Shown here piece after piece: positions 1 through 13,061 of a DNA stretch of 64,000 nt. Each line of letters starts with the position of its first letter. Within the stretch, counting starts at the first letter, position 1. Location: assembly GCA_023231475.1 (NCBI GenBank), contig JALJEE010000759.1, positions 1-64,000 of the forward strand. Direction: 5' to 3'. The stretch comes from Seison nebaliae. Taxonomy: Eukaryota. A model generated the notes under the pieces. It saw only the letters and a program-made list of their open reading frames with translations. It had not been told where the DNA came from and ran no database searches. A program made the translations under genes and the position numbers.

Positions 1-3000
1 CCCATGATCAACAATTTGTTTATGGAAGAAATGAATTTTATCCATTTTTGGAATAAATAATAATTTCGATATTTTATCAATTAACTTATTATATGGAGTG
101 GAATCATTTTTCCAATTCTTTTTTTGATCAACATCAGAAATCGATCCTTTCAATTTCTCAATAATTCGAATTTCTGGAATTTTCAATTTCTTATTATTCT
201 GTAAATGCTGTTGGAGTGTTCGTTGATATGATGTGTTGACTTTCTGAACAGGAATTCCTCTTCGTTCAGATTGAATAAATTTCCGTCGATCAATGAAAAT
301 TTTTCCGGGTCGATTTCTCTCACTAATTTTCATTCTTATTCTTCGTCGTTGGATACTACGAAGGGAAATATTAGTAGACGCTGTGGATGATGACGATAAA
401 TTTGATGAAGATGATGATCCTGTCGTAGATGATGATGATGATGAAGATGATGATGATGATGAAGTAGAAGATGAAGATGATGACGATGATGATGTTGAAT
501 ACCTACTAGAATCAGACATTGAATCAGAATTTGAGTCTGAATCTGAATTCGAACTTGAATTTGAATCGGAATCAGATGATGATGAACCATCGGAATCATC
601 AGATGACGATGATATTACAGGATGTCTGAGATTAATTTCTTTTCGATGTTTCACTCGATCATAAATCGATGATGATGTTTCATCATGTTTCCGATGATCA
701 TTTGATTTCAATAATTCATTCAATTCTCTATTCTTTTTCATTTTATTTTGACATTTCTGCGATTGAGATTTAGCTGTTATCGGATGATGATGACAGTTTT
801 GTTTTTGATGAATTTGATGCTGATGTTGTTGTTGTTGTTTCTTCTTTTCTAAAAATTCCCTTTGTTGTCTATTTTGGAATTTTGAATTTCTTTCGTCGAT
901 TCGTGTCGTGTTTTCATTATTATGAGAATGTTTTTGGATTATTCCTGAACCATTATGATGATTATTATGATTAATATTTATTGATGGTTTATGTGATCCG
1001 TGTGCGATGTTCGACGAATCTCTGACATTCATTTCGGAGGCATGATTAACTCGATTAGAATGATGATTTGGATGATTAGGGTGATGGTTTTGATGATGAT
1101 TTGGATGATGATGATTATTTTTATGATTTTTCGATATTTCGTCGTCTCTTCTTATCAATTTTCCATGATCGGTCGAATGTTGACGAGGTTTCGTCACACA
1201 TTTTTTTATTGGATGTAAATTCTTTGGAACATCTTTATGATGATCATTTCTCAAATGTTTTTCTTCCATATGTCGTGATAGTTTCGATTTATCTAAAATT
1301 ATTTTCTTCTCGTGGATGATGGGCGGTCTATCCGAATTCTTTATATGTCGATGACTCGTCTCATGTGATGAATGATGTTTTGAAATAGTTGTGGAAAGTG
1401 TTGATTTGGATGATTTGTATTGAGCTACATTTAAATCAGATGAAATTTTTTCTCTGTGACTCTTTAAAGGAATTTTTAAAGGAATTTTTGAAGATGATGT
1501 TGTTGTTGTTGTTGAAAGTGGAATTGATGAAGAATGTAGAGATTTTGAAGTTATATTTTTTATTGTTTTCGATTCAACATCTTTTCCATCTTTTCTATAA
1601 ATTTCATGAGATCTCTTTAAATGTTCCAACTTTTCATTCTTTGTTTTATCTTTATCATTTTTTTGATGTCTCATTTGAATATCTCGATTTTTTCCATCAT
1701 TCTTATGTTCTACTTCTTTACTAGAATTTCTAGACGTAGAATTTATTGCCGTTGTCGGAGATCTCACAATCGATTTCGATATTTTTCCTGATAAATTCGT
1801 CGTAGTTACTGTTGTTGGTATTGTTGATGTTGATGATTTATTAGGAAATTCTGATGAATTTTTCCTTGTTGATGATATCATTCGATTTTTAATTCCTTCC
1901 GATGGTGTTACTGTTGTTGTTGATTTTTTTGTGTTTTGTATCAAATGATTAACTTCCCCTGTTGTTGTTCTTGTTGTTTTAGAATTATTAATTGTTGTTA
2001 TTGTTGTTTTCCCACACGACGAATTGTTAACCACACCTGTTGTTATTGTTATTTTTTTTGTTGTAGATGAAGAATTGTTTAATGATGTTGTTGTTGTTGT
2101 TGTACCTGCTGCAACTGATGTTACTACTACTGATGTTGTTCTTGTTGCTGTTGATGTTGTTGATGTTGTTGGTTGTGATGAAGATATTACTGTTGTTGTT
2201 GTTGTTGGTGTTGTTGGTTGTGATGAAGATATTACTGTTGTTGTCATTAGTTTTGATGATGATGATGATGTTGTTATTGTTGTTGTTTGTGAAGATGAAA
2301 TAGTAGAAATGATATTAGAAGATTTTTGTGATGATATAGTTGTAGTTGATGGTCGTTTTTTAATTACAGTCCATTTATGCCGTTCAATAATTTGACGTGT
2401 CGATTCATGCATACCTTCCAAATGTGGTTTATCATTCTTTTTCTCTTCATTCTTCTTTTTCATATCTTCACTCTCTTTCTGATTATTCCTTATCAATTCC
2501 GTCAATGGAATCAAATTTTGTTGATCGCTGCTCAACTTCCTCTCGTTCATTTGTTTCTTGAATGATTTACTTACATCATATGCTGATTCAAGAGTGATCT
2601 TCTTCTTATCGGAAATGAATGCTGATTTATAATTCAATTCTTCCTCAAACAAATTATCATGTTTCCTTATATATGGACTAATATTTAAATATTCAGTATT
2701 CTTCAACGGATTCTGTATCTTTGTCTGTATCTGTGTTTGTGAACTATTCATTAATGACATAGTTGATGCTGATCCTGATACTGGTAGGGGACCAGTAGTG
2801 ACAGATGAAAGAATCGGATTGCGAACAAGAGTCGTCGCACTCGATGATGATTGTGAAATATTTAATATATTTCTTCTCGTTTTTTTCAATTTTTCTTCGT
2901 CTGCAAATTCTTTCACTTTCATCACCCATGTCGATAAATTGCCACTATGTGTCCAATGATTATCGATTAATTTTGTACTTTCACTAAATGATCTCTTATA

Positions 3001-4810
3001 ATCCGATTCCATTTCATTCAATTCCTTTTTATCACTCTTCTTCAAATACTCACAATATATATCAAGGAAATTTGAATTGATCCATTTCTTTGGTGGATAT
3101 GTCGTCTTCTTCTCTAACAAATCATCAGCTAAAGCAATTCGATCATTAACATCCATTTTCGAACGGTTATTTTCTATATTATGTAATTCATAAATATTTT
3201 CATCTTTCAATTCTTCTCCGTCTTTTTTATCAGTTTTCATTTCATCATCATTCGACAATTCCGTTTTAAGACTATTCAATTTCTTCTTTTTATTCTTTCG
3301 CATCAAATGGAACCATCTCGAATTTTTCCTTTTTTTACATTTCAATTCTCGTTTCTTCCTTCTCAATCTCTTCAATTTCAATCGTTTCCTCTCGAAATAT
3401 TTTCGTTTCTTCATCTGTTTCAAATGATGTTTCAAATAAATTTTATGATGTTTCGTCTTCTCCCAACTTTCCATCACTCTCATTATCATTCTTTTCTTCT
3501 TCCTCTCCATCACTTGTCCTCTCACAATTCTCCCATCACTTAACGTACAAGCTGATTTTTCATGTTTCTTATTCAAAACCAAATCCAAGTACTTCTCTCC
3601 ATTCATCAGACTTAATAATCGTGGATCATTTACAATTTGTTGTCGTTCTAAAGGAATTTCCATTCCTGTTCGTCCAACCGACTCCACATGATTCTCATTC
3701 TTTATTCGACATTCTATCGACGATTCATTCATCAAATTATTCGTCGTCATCTTTTGGAAGATTTCGAGTGGAACCGAAACATCCACATCAATTTCACCAT
3801 CATTTTCAGTTTTCACAGGAATTGTAGTTATCGGAGGAATCGGATCGATTTTCTCTGAAAGAATTGGAACAAGAATTTTTTGTTTCTTCAATTTTTTCGG
3901 ACTCGATTTTTCATTCGGTTGATCATCATCTTCAATTTCCATATTCTCATTTGTACGTATCACATCGATAATTTCTTCTTTCTTTTCCTTTTCTGATGGT
4001 TTAGTTGTCGATTCTTCGACTATTGACGATTTTGATGAGTTTTCAATTTCTTTCAATTCAATTTTCTTTTTCACAATTTCCTCATTTTCTTCATTTTCTA
4101 ATTTCACGTTTTTTTCCAAAATTTCTTCTTTTTTCAATATATTTCCGACACTGTCACTTCCAAAGAGAATTTTTCGCATATGCTCCGAATAATATTTCTC
4201 ACGTTTGGTGGGTGGTGGAGAATAAGACGTACACGCATAATGATATTCAACTGAATTCATTTCTAGTGCTCGTTTACTTAATTCTTCATTTTCGATGACA
4301 TCAGAATAAATTCGACTTTTATGATTATTATTTCGATCTCGTTTATTTTCATTTTTCACATCTTTCAAATCTAAATCTGTAGGTCTGGTAAATTGGAGAC
4401 GTGAAAATACACTACAATCCCGATTTTTAGTAGAACGTTTTTCTTGAGAATAATGTGGCGAATGATCGTCATGATGATAAAGATTCTGTTTCTGATAATT
4501 TAACGAATTCGTTTTCATCAAATCATTATTTCGACTAGAAAAACGGAAAGCATCACGACGATTAATATTCGATACTCCTCGTCCAATTGAGCAAATGACA
4601 TTATTTGATGTTGTTGTTGTTATTGTTGTTGTTGATGTTTGTAAATTGGAAATTGTTAACGGATCATATAATGACATTGTTGTCATTGGTATTGATGATG
4701 TTGTTGATGATATTGAAAAGAAATTAACCGGATTAAGTAAATTAACATTTTCTGATGGTGATGGTGATGGAACTGTAGAAATTGGTGGAGCCGTCTTCAT
4801 TAACGACGAC

Positions 4811-4841
<31 letters not shown>

Positions 4842-6600
4842 TTGTGATACGATTATAATATTCGTGACGGAAACCTTTCTCTAAATAACTAACTAATAAA
4901 TCCGTTCCAAAATCGATATGAATTGGTTGACTATGAAGATTATGAGAACGAACAGTTTCCATACATTTCGTCGCCTGTTTCTCATTCTGGAAGAAGATAA
5001 GTGCTTGTCCTATATTTCGATATAATTTCGTATCTTTAATTCCTTTCTCATCACCACAACGTCGACCGATTTTCAATAAAGTTTCCGTCGTGACAGTTCG
5101 AGCTACATTATCCAACCAAACGATGTTGTATGGTCGAGGGAAATGGAAATCGATGGCCATCGTTCGTCCATGAAGTGAATAACCACCATATGAACGGAAT
5201 GCAGCAACCGCTTCTCGTACACATGTATATTGAATATAAGCGGTAAATAATTCGTTATTATCAACAATTCGATTTTTTGATGATGAAGAATATCGACTTG
5301 TCGAACGATAATCAGGTAAATTCCTTTTCATTTTAATTTCAAGAATTGTTCCACTTTGTTTGAAAATTTCAAAAAGTTCACTCGCCGTTGTCTGTTCGCT
5401 GAGATTCTTCACGAAAACACTTCTCGTCGTTTTTTTATTTTTACAAATCAAATCATCTCGAGCAACATCCTCACCAGTTATGGGAATACTCGTTGGTATA
5501 ACAGCAGCGCCACTAACTCTCGTTTTTTCATTCGAACTTTTACTTCGTGGCGATCGAAGTTTCATCGACGAATTATTCACCGTCGTTGATGATAGAGCTG
5601 TTGTTGATGATGATGAAGTAGAAGGAATGTTAGTCGATATGGATGAACATTTCATTTCATTCATCGACGTTGCTGATATTATTGATGTTGTTGCCGTTGA
5701 AGTTAATGGAATTGATGAGGAGACATTGGTGGAATTGGTGGAGATGGAATCAGTGAATGATGCCATTGGTGAATTGATGATATTCGAAAAATTCTTTTCA
5801 TTCTTTTCATCATTCTTATGATTATTAATGGATGAATCATTCGATATAGTCGTCGTCGTAATCGCTGTCGTCATTCTAGTAGACGTAATGGTTAAAGTTG
5901 TTGTTGTTGATGTCACCGGATGGAAAGCAGAATTTTTCGTTTTATTCTCGTCGATCGTTTTCGAAAATTTCTCTTTCTTTATATGCCGTTTAGATATAGA
6001 TGTACTATTATTGTTGTCATTTGTTCTTCCTAATGAACGATATCGATTGCCTCCCATTCCACCATTACTCATTCGAACATTTCGATTATTTGATGCAGTA
6101 GATATGGGAGATCTGGATAAAGTTCCTTTTGAAACCAGATTCGTTCCATATGATACTCCTATGACATTGCAATTGTTCGATATCGACATTGAATTACCAG
6201 TGGTACTATTGGTAAATGGTGAATAATTATTATTACGATTCATTCCATTATTATTCCCATCAGGGAAATGTCGAATATTCTTTGATCGATCATTAAACTG
6301 TCTCCGTCGATCACGATTAGTGTTATCGTTAAAGTTGAAATTTCTATCTCTCATCACACTATGATTATTGTGCAAATGATGATTATTCGATTGCTGATGA
6401 TTATTGTGTTGCGAATGATTATTATGACTATTGTTGTTGTTGTTGTTATGATGGTGATGATGATGATTATTATTGGAATTATTCATATAATCACTAAAAC
6501 TACCATTATTTCCTCCATTATTCAACGGGAACATAAACGATTCCGTTGAATTTTTCATTCGCATATAATGCTCCTGCTTCTGATGATAAGGTCGTTTCAT
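1..6600 (-). CDS. spen: Split ends/SHARP (Msx2-interacting protein)-like RRM protein, 5' part; >=2200 aa, continues beyond window start
   Basis: The minus frame opens at ATG 6600 (MKRPYHQKQEHY...), with an in-frame TAA just upstream at 6610-6612. I found no stop in the stretches read, and the ORF track reports no terminated ORF here, which is consistent with it running off the edge. Tandem RRMs at about 4870-5430 (TTRSVFVKNLSEQTTASELFEIFKQSGTILEIK...AYIQYTCVREAVAAF; IVWLDNVARTVTTETL...QALIFF...IHIDFG) resemble SPEN RRM3/RRM4. Long S/T/H/K-rich low-complexity tracts follow. The SPOC domain is not in the window. Confidence 0.8.
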
Positions 6601-7002
6601 CGTTCGATATTATAATTCCAATGTTTCCAATTCATATGGTACATTTGTTTACTCTCTAAATGAAGATGAAATAACAATTAATTCAAATGAATAAATCTAA
6701 ATTAAAATATTTTATCAATTATCGTCAAATCAAATTTCCTACTCACCACTCAATTATGTTTCCCTCCGATTCAATTCTCTCAAAAAGAATTATCGACAAT
6801 TCCACCGTTCCCACTTACATAAAAAAATCAAATAAATAAATATTTTCAATATCAGAAAAATAAACGACAATGAAACAACATCTACTCTTTTTTGCACAAT
6901 ATTATTCCATCGTAAATGAAGATTCCTACTCAAACTCTTCTTCCTTCTTCTTTCCCATTTCTTCCCAAACATACAACCTTATAAATAAAAGAAACCATAT
7001 GT

Positions 7003-7022
7003 ACACACACACACACACACAC
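7003..7022. repeat. (AC)n microsatellite
   Basis: An acacacac... run of about 10 units. Confidence 0.85.
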
Positions 7023-10000
7023 AAATATATACATACACATATACATTGTGCAGTGAGTGCAGGGAATAAATATCTCCTCTCCACGAATAATTATTAAAAA
7101 ATAAATATTATTATATTATTATAACATGATTATAAGCAAATTACCATAGAAATTTTCACATTTCATAAACGAATAATAATAATAAAATGCTGCTGATATG
7201 CCTCTTCGTCTTGCTCTATACTCGTGTCAAAATTCAGTTGAATCAACTAACCAATTCGGCACTCGTATGACTATAAATGTAAAACTCCTCTACATCCAAT
7301 GTTATGATAAGTGCGCTCGAAAAGAATTTAATTAATTTATTCATTATATACACGAATTATACTTGACTGACCTACACGTACACGACATCGTCCGAATAGA
7401 ATCACACCCCGGACTAAACTTACAAATAAACGAAAATAGAGGAATTACTGTCAATTATTTTCAACAATTATATTATGTTCACCAAATGAAATGTATGACA
7501 GATGCCGATAATTCATCTACCAGACACTCACTCTCTTCAATTCTCATTATCATCTTCTTCTTACATAACATATCATCATTTTATGCATTTGATAATTACT
7601 TTTCTTATCAAAAAAACTGACTCGGAATATTTATCTTTCTAATAAAATATTATTCCTTCCTCCTCTCCCCCTCCCTCTCTCTCCGATACACATTCGAAAA
7701 ATTATATGGAATAACGATATGCCAACCATGACAACAAACATAAATATAATTTGTTCTTTGTAAGAATGATGTGAAATGAAAATCGATTAGAAGAAAGCGC
7801 GCTTCATTTATATCTCTTCCTCTTCCTCCATTTCCTCTTCTTCCTCCTGTGTCATATGCTGCACCGAATTAGGAGAATATGCACTAAAATTACATATCTT
7901 CTTCCTCCTCCTCCTCCAAATCCGTCATCATTCCTTATTTATTTTCCATCCATCATTCCGTCCCTGCAATTACGTCAAACATAGTAGACATGAATAATTT
8001 CCATAAAACAATACATCTCCACTTTTCAACTTCATAAAAAGAAAGGGAAATATCATATAAATCTCAACAAAAAACAGACGTGTACATACGAAATAAAATT
8101 TGGTATAAGACCATTACTTAAATCATAATTTTTTTGAAGGACGAAAAAATAATGGAATTAACTGTGGCGTATTTGAAATGTCGGCATTAAGATATAACGA
8201 GAAGATACAACGACAATAGTATTATACAATAGAAAACTGTTATACAACTTGAAAAAAAAAAATGTAAAAAAAAATTTATATAATTAAAAATTATTTCGAA
8301 AGTAAAATGAATAATTTATTGACAGATATAGATATATATAAATAGGAAATGTTACATTATCGTATTAGTTACATAATACATGCACATAGGATGAATCATA
8401 ATAATTGATAATTATAAATTGTCAAATAAGTTGGAGAGCAGAAAGAAAGAAATAAATGTTCATTGGGAAGGAGATAATAATGATGATGAGAATTAACATC
8501 TGTAAAATTACTTATTTTCTTCTGTCGTTATAAAAAGAATTTTATTACATAATAATATTTCACTCATATGTCGAATTAATATTGGGAGTTTCTCCAACTC
8601 TCCTCATTCGTCTCAAATGTGAAAAAGTAATTTGTTTTTTATTCTCCAAAAAGAAAAATAAATAATTAGATTTGAATGAATACCTACTCGTCATTGAGAG
8701 GAGAAGAACAGGAGAGAAATATAGACGAGAGAAGAAAATAACTACGAGAACTAAAATCAAATGAGATGGATGAAATAAATTTATTTAATTTCTACATACA
8801 AAAAAAATCGATTTACACACATACATGCATCAAGTCGTCTTCTCTCTTACTACTTTACATGTAAGAGGAGAAGACGAATGAGACAAACACTCCTTATCCA
8901 CATGCAGTTAATAGAAAACGTGGACAAGCAACTTCATTCGCTTTCCTCCTAAAAGAGACGGGGGGGGAGAGGAGAAGAAAAAATAAATAAAAAATTAAAT
9001 GAAATGGAAAGAGAAATTTCTTATTCAATTTCATTAACGATACATTTGAATAGAACGAGAAGTAAAATTTATTCGCATTTTCTCTTTCTTTTCTAAACTA
9101 TTTCTTTCTCATTCGACAGTTTTGAAACATACTTAAGTACAGATAAGAATAAAATAAATAAACAATTAATTCACCATCACTATCATCCATCAACAACAAC
9201 GTGAGAAAAAGAGAGAGATAGATATATACTTCAAAGAGATCGTATTTATTTTAATTATTAATTCGTCAATAAACTAACTTATTTCTTCACATACTACGAA
9301 AATTATACGCCTCATAAATTTATAATAATATTTAGTAGAAAAAATTGTGTTAAGACAAAAAGAGAGAACTTCACCATTCGTCCAAATAGACAATTATTCT
9401 CCTTAATAGTCCATTGTTTAGTAGATTAATGAGTTCGACGCAAATTTACTATTCATTCCCACTATCTCCATTCTCTCTTCATTTATTTTATGATGTTCTT
9501 AATTTCTATCCAATTCTTCTCATCAATTTTAGAAACACATTTCTTTTTTCCTCGACTGTGGACTGTGAACTATTAAACAGAAAGAAGATAATTCCGTTCT
9601 TCTTCTGACATCCAAAAATAAATGAAAATCTGTTACTTCAATTTTGAAAATGTCAACTTCATTTTCCTAACACACCAGCAGATTCGGTTTAATTCTTCAC
9701 CTTTAATGATAATAACTTCACCTTGTAAACAATTTTCACGATACAATTTTCTCAGTTCATATATTAGAACGAATAAGAAACACTTATTAAAGTTATATAA
9801 ATTACAATTAATAATTGAGAGAACGAAGAAAATTTAACCTTCTCACTGTCGTTTTTGTCGGTGGCGAGAGATGATATTTCAAATTTCATCCCAATTTAAT
9901 TGTTGTTAAAATGAAATTTGACGATGAATTTTCCATGCAATTTGCAATTAAATTTTATTTTAAAATTTGACAAACACAATTAGTTTTATCCTTTATCGCT

Positions 10001-10073
10001 TTCCATTTAAATTTTCTCTCACATACACCAAATACAACAGACGAAAGACAAATAAGAGAAATTTGAAATGAAA

Positions 10074-11933
10074 TTATAATTTCTTCAAATTCATTCTATT
10101 AACAATTGGCAATGGCATCGTCTCGTTTAATGATAAGGATGATGTACTCAAATACTTCGAATGATTGAACGAACGATTCTTTCGATTTATTCTTAAACAT
10201 TTCGGTAATTCTTCTCCATCGAAATGTTCATTCAGTTTCTCTAATTGATAAATGCACATATCGCTAAATGATCGGTCAAGATTAGTTTTCTTCTCTTCTA
10301 TCTTCTCCTTCACTTGTTCAATGTCACTATCACCATATTCTACAATTCCGATGACATGTTGTGGTATTTTCAGTTCTTCATCATTCTTCAGACGATAAAC
10401 CATTTCATTCGATTCATAACAAACTTGGACGAGATCTCCGAATTTATGAGATTGATAAGAAAAAAGGAAAATTCCATAAACATACTTATTGGTGAGAGAA
10501 ACTTCGAAAGATTTCTTCGCTTTCTTCTTCTCCTCCAAAAGTTTCGTTTTGAATTTCATTAAATTACGATTAGTAAAAAAGAATTTTAGTCGAATTAAAT
10601 TATTTACATATTTCGCATTCGCATTCGTCACTTTCTTCAATTTCAGTAATTCATAAAAGGTTAATGAACTTCTTTTAATTTCATAACGTTGTTGAATCGT
10701 CAAAATGAAATCGAGTGAAGTTAATTTCGTTTTGGAATCGAATAGAATTTGTTGCAACAAACTATCAGATAAAAGAATCCGCTGCAATTTAGTGAGACAA
10801 TGAATAGATAATTCTAATAATTTCTCCTTATCATCCACATTCAAATGAAGTGTTTGTGAGGAGTATTGAGGATGATTTATTCTCAATAATAATTCCATCT
10901 GATCAGGGATTTCGTTGTCTAACCAATCGACACCGTTCAATTCCTTCCGATGATAACAATGCATTAATAGACGTTGCGCTAACTCGTATTGAATGAGAGC
11001 AATTAAAGATGATTTAGTAATGGGTAAGGAAAGACATTTATCCTTCTCACAATTATCGACAATGAAAATTAATTGATTATTTATGAAAATTTCAAATTTA
11101 TTAATTTGTTCGTCAGTTTGTGGACAGGTGGATTGTGTCGTTCCAATCGATGTCCAATGAACATAACATACATGATCAGTATCTGACAATTTAGAAAATG
11201 AAGTAATTTTGATAAATTTCAATTTTTCTAAATTTTCATCATCGATATCCCAACTATTTTCGTTGGAAAGAAAAACGACAATAGGAAGAAGCTTCGTTTG
11301 AATTGTTAGAGGATTTCTTATTAAATTATTGGATATCGTATACTTTGTATTTGAATGTAAATCCTCGATTTTGATGATGGATAACGGTTCATAATTTCCT
11401 ATAAAATATTTCTGATCATTCACATTAATCGTCAAATCAGGTAATGTCTCATAAACATGTTCCAATTGGAACTGAATTGAAAAATGTGAAATTGAAATTA
11501 ACTTCCATTCAATATCAGAATCTTTCAAAGACAACAAATAATTTAATTCCATATAATCACTCATTAATTCCATTCGAATTAATAATAATCTCAATTCATC
11601 GTCAACCTCGACATTATTCGAAGGTAATCCATTCAAATAATATTCGATGATCTTACTCGATTCCAGTTGAGGTAATTGTGAAGTTGGATCTGGTGCTTTA
11701 AATTGATGTTGTTGTTGTTGACGTTGTTGGTGATTTGTTAATTGTTTTTGATTATTCATCAAGTAATTTCCATTTTGACGGTATTGACAAGGACGAATAG
11801 AATTAGCCTCTGACTTTAAATTCGTCAATAATTGTCGATTCGTCTTCCTCCAATTACATTGAGTTCTCGATTGATTTAGTATCGATTTTATCTCATTATT
11901 TCTCTTCCAAAATAAATCATTACTGTCCATCAT
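10074..11933 (-). CDS. Intronless 619-aa protein, possibly a highly diverged FN3/SH3 (RIM-binding-protein-like) protein
   Basis: A long ORF in very AT-rich DNA supports coding status. It has FN3-like stretches (IKIEDLHSNTKYTIS; VCYVHWTS...INKFEIFINNQLIFIVD) and a degenerate SH3-like stretch (GIFLFSYQSHKFGDLVQV...KIPQHVI). The domain call is by eye and weak. Confidence 0.6.
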   Translation of the reverse strand: MMDSNDLFWKRNNEIKSILNQSRTQCNWRKTNRQLLTNLKSEANSIRPCQYRQNGNYLMNNQKQLTNHQQRQQQQHQFKAPDPTSQLPQLESSKIIEYYLNGLPSNNVEVDDELRLLLIRMELMSDYMELNYLLSLKDSDIEWKLISISHFSIQFQLEHVYETLPDLTINVNDQKYFIGNYEPLSIIKIEDLHSNTKYTISNNLIRNPLTIQTKLLPIVVFLSNENSWDIDDENLEKLKFIKITSFSKLSDTDHVCYVHWTSIGTTQSTCPQTDEQINKFEIFINNQLIFIVDNCEKDKCLSLPITKSSLIALIQYELAQRLLMHCYHRKELNGVDWLDNEIPDQMELLLRINHPQYSSQTLHLNVDDKEKLLELSIHCLTKLQRILLSDSLLQQILFDSKTKLTSLDFILTIQQRYEIKRSSLTFYELLKLKKVTNANAKYVNNLIRLKFFFTNRNLMKFKTKLLEEKKKAKKSFEVSLTNKYVYGIFLFSYQSHKFGDLVQVCYESNEMVYRLKNDEELKIPQHVIGIVEYGDSDIEQVKEKIEEKKTNLDRSFSDMCIYQLEKLNEHFDGEELPKCLRINRKNRSFNHSKYLSTSSLSLNETMPLPIVNRMNLKKL

Positions 11934-12334
11934 CCTCCTCTCAAAATTTCCTTCTCTAACTAACAGAAAAATTTGAACGAGACATTTATTTATTGTTGAT
12001 CGACGTACACATAACTTCCCTTTTGATAAGTATGAGCAATTCCAAAATTTATTTTATTTCATATTAATACTACACTCTTAAGCCACCATATTCAACATTG
12101 ATACTTTCTTTTATTTGAATTTTAAATAATCGCTTTCGTCTAAATAAAATGTGAAAAAATATTTGCCTCGAAAAACTATCTATGATGAACGTGTGTAAAT
12201 TTTACCCATATAAAATAAAGAGATACTTATTCGCTTCTTAAACAGAAAATTATAAAATCAGATATCTACAGCATTAATTTATTTACAAAGAAAACTCTCA
12301 GAACGTGAAAATAGTAAAATAATCATTTATACAA

Positions 12335-12706
12335 TTAAGCTTTTGACGAACTGTATTTGGTAACAGCTTTCGTTCCTTCGGACACTGCATGTTTCGCCAA
12401 TTCTCCAGGTAAGATGAGTCTAACTGCTGTTTGAATCTCTCTCGACGAAATAGTATTCTTCTTATTGTAATTGACAATCATGGAGGACTCATAGGCAATC
12501 TTTTGAAACATGTCTCGTACAAATGAATTCATGATACCCATTGCACTCTTGGAAAATCCGATATCTGGATGAACTTGTTTCAAGACTTTGTAGATGTAAA
12601 TCGAATACGTTTGTTGAATCTTCTTTCGATGTTTCTTCTTTTTTTCCATTGTCAACGATGATTTCATCGATACTTTTGCTCCTTTCACTGATGTTCTTGG
12701 TCCCAT
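12335..12706 (-). CDS. H2B: Histone H2B (divergent, solitary)
   Basis: Contains [24 protein letters not shown] and [32 protein letters not shown]. Confidence 0.97.
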   Translation of the reverse strand: MGPRTSVKGAKVSMKSSLTMEKKKKHRKKIQQTYSIYIYKVLKQVHPDIGFSKSAMGIMNSFVRDMFQKIAYESSMIVNYNKKNTISSREIQTAVRLILPGELAKHAVSEGTKAVTKYSSSKA

Positions 12707-12791
12707 TCTCGAATTGAAATTGTATTTGAAAATTGATTATATACTTTCAGAAAATAACGAAACAGATGAAGATTCCAAAATGAACTATCTG

Positions 12792-12799
12792 CTTTTATA
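12792..12799 (-). promoter_or_regulatory. TATA box of H2B
   Basis: TATAAAAG on the minus strand about 86 bp upstream of the H2B ATG. Confidence 0.55.
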
Positions 12800-13061
12800 G
12801 TGAGAAGGCTATCTCTTTTGTTTCTCGAGATTTCATTCGTCAGAAATATCTAACCAATTAATATGGGAGAAACATATGCGGAAGTACATTTCTAAAATGA
12901 GAGAAAATAGTAGTTTGAACTTAATTTGTATTATTTAAGAAAGATTATTAAAAAGAGAGAAATTATTCAATTTCATTGAATTTTATTATTTATTAGAAAC
13001 TATTTGAAATGGAAATGCCGTGTGAAAATATGTGAAAATTGTGTAAAAGAGAATTATTTAT

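Noticed and set aside
2165..2245. Duplicated gttggttgtgatgaagatattactgttgttg segment
   Set aside because: This is an in-frame internal repeat within a Thr/Ser-rich coding tract, not a CRISPR or mobile repeat.
293..6549. Many + strand ORFs rich in D/V/M/L and the His-rich minus ORF 336-599
   Set aside because: They are antisense or off-frame shadows of the low-complexity spen-like CDS.
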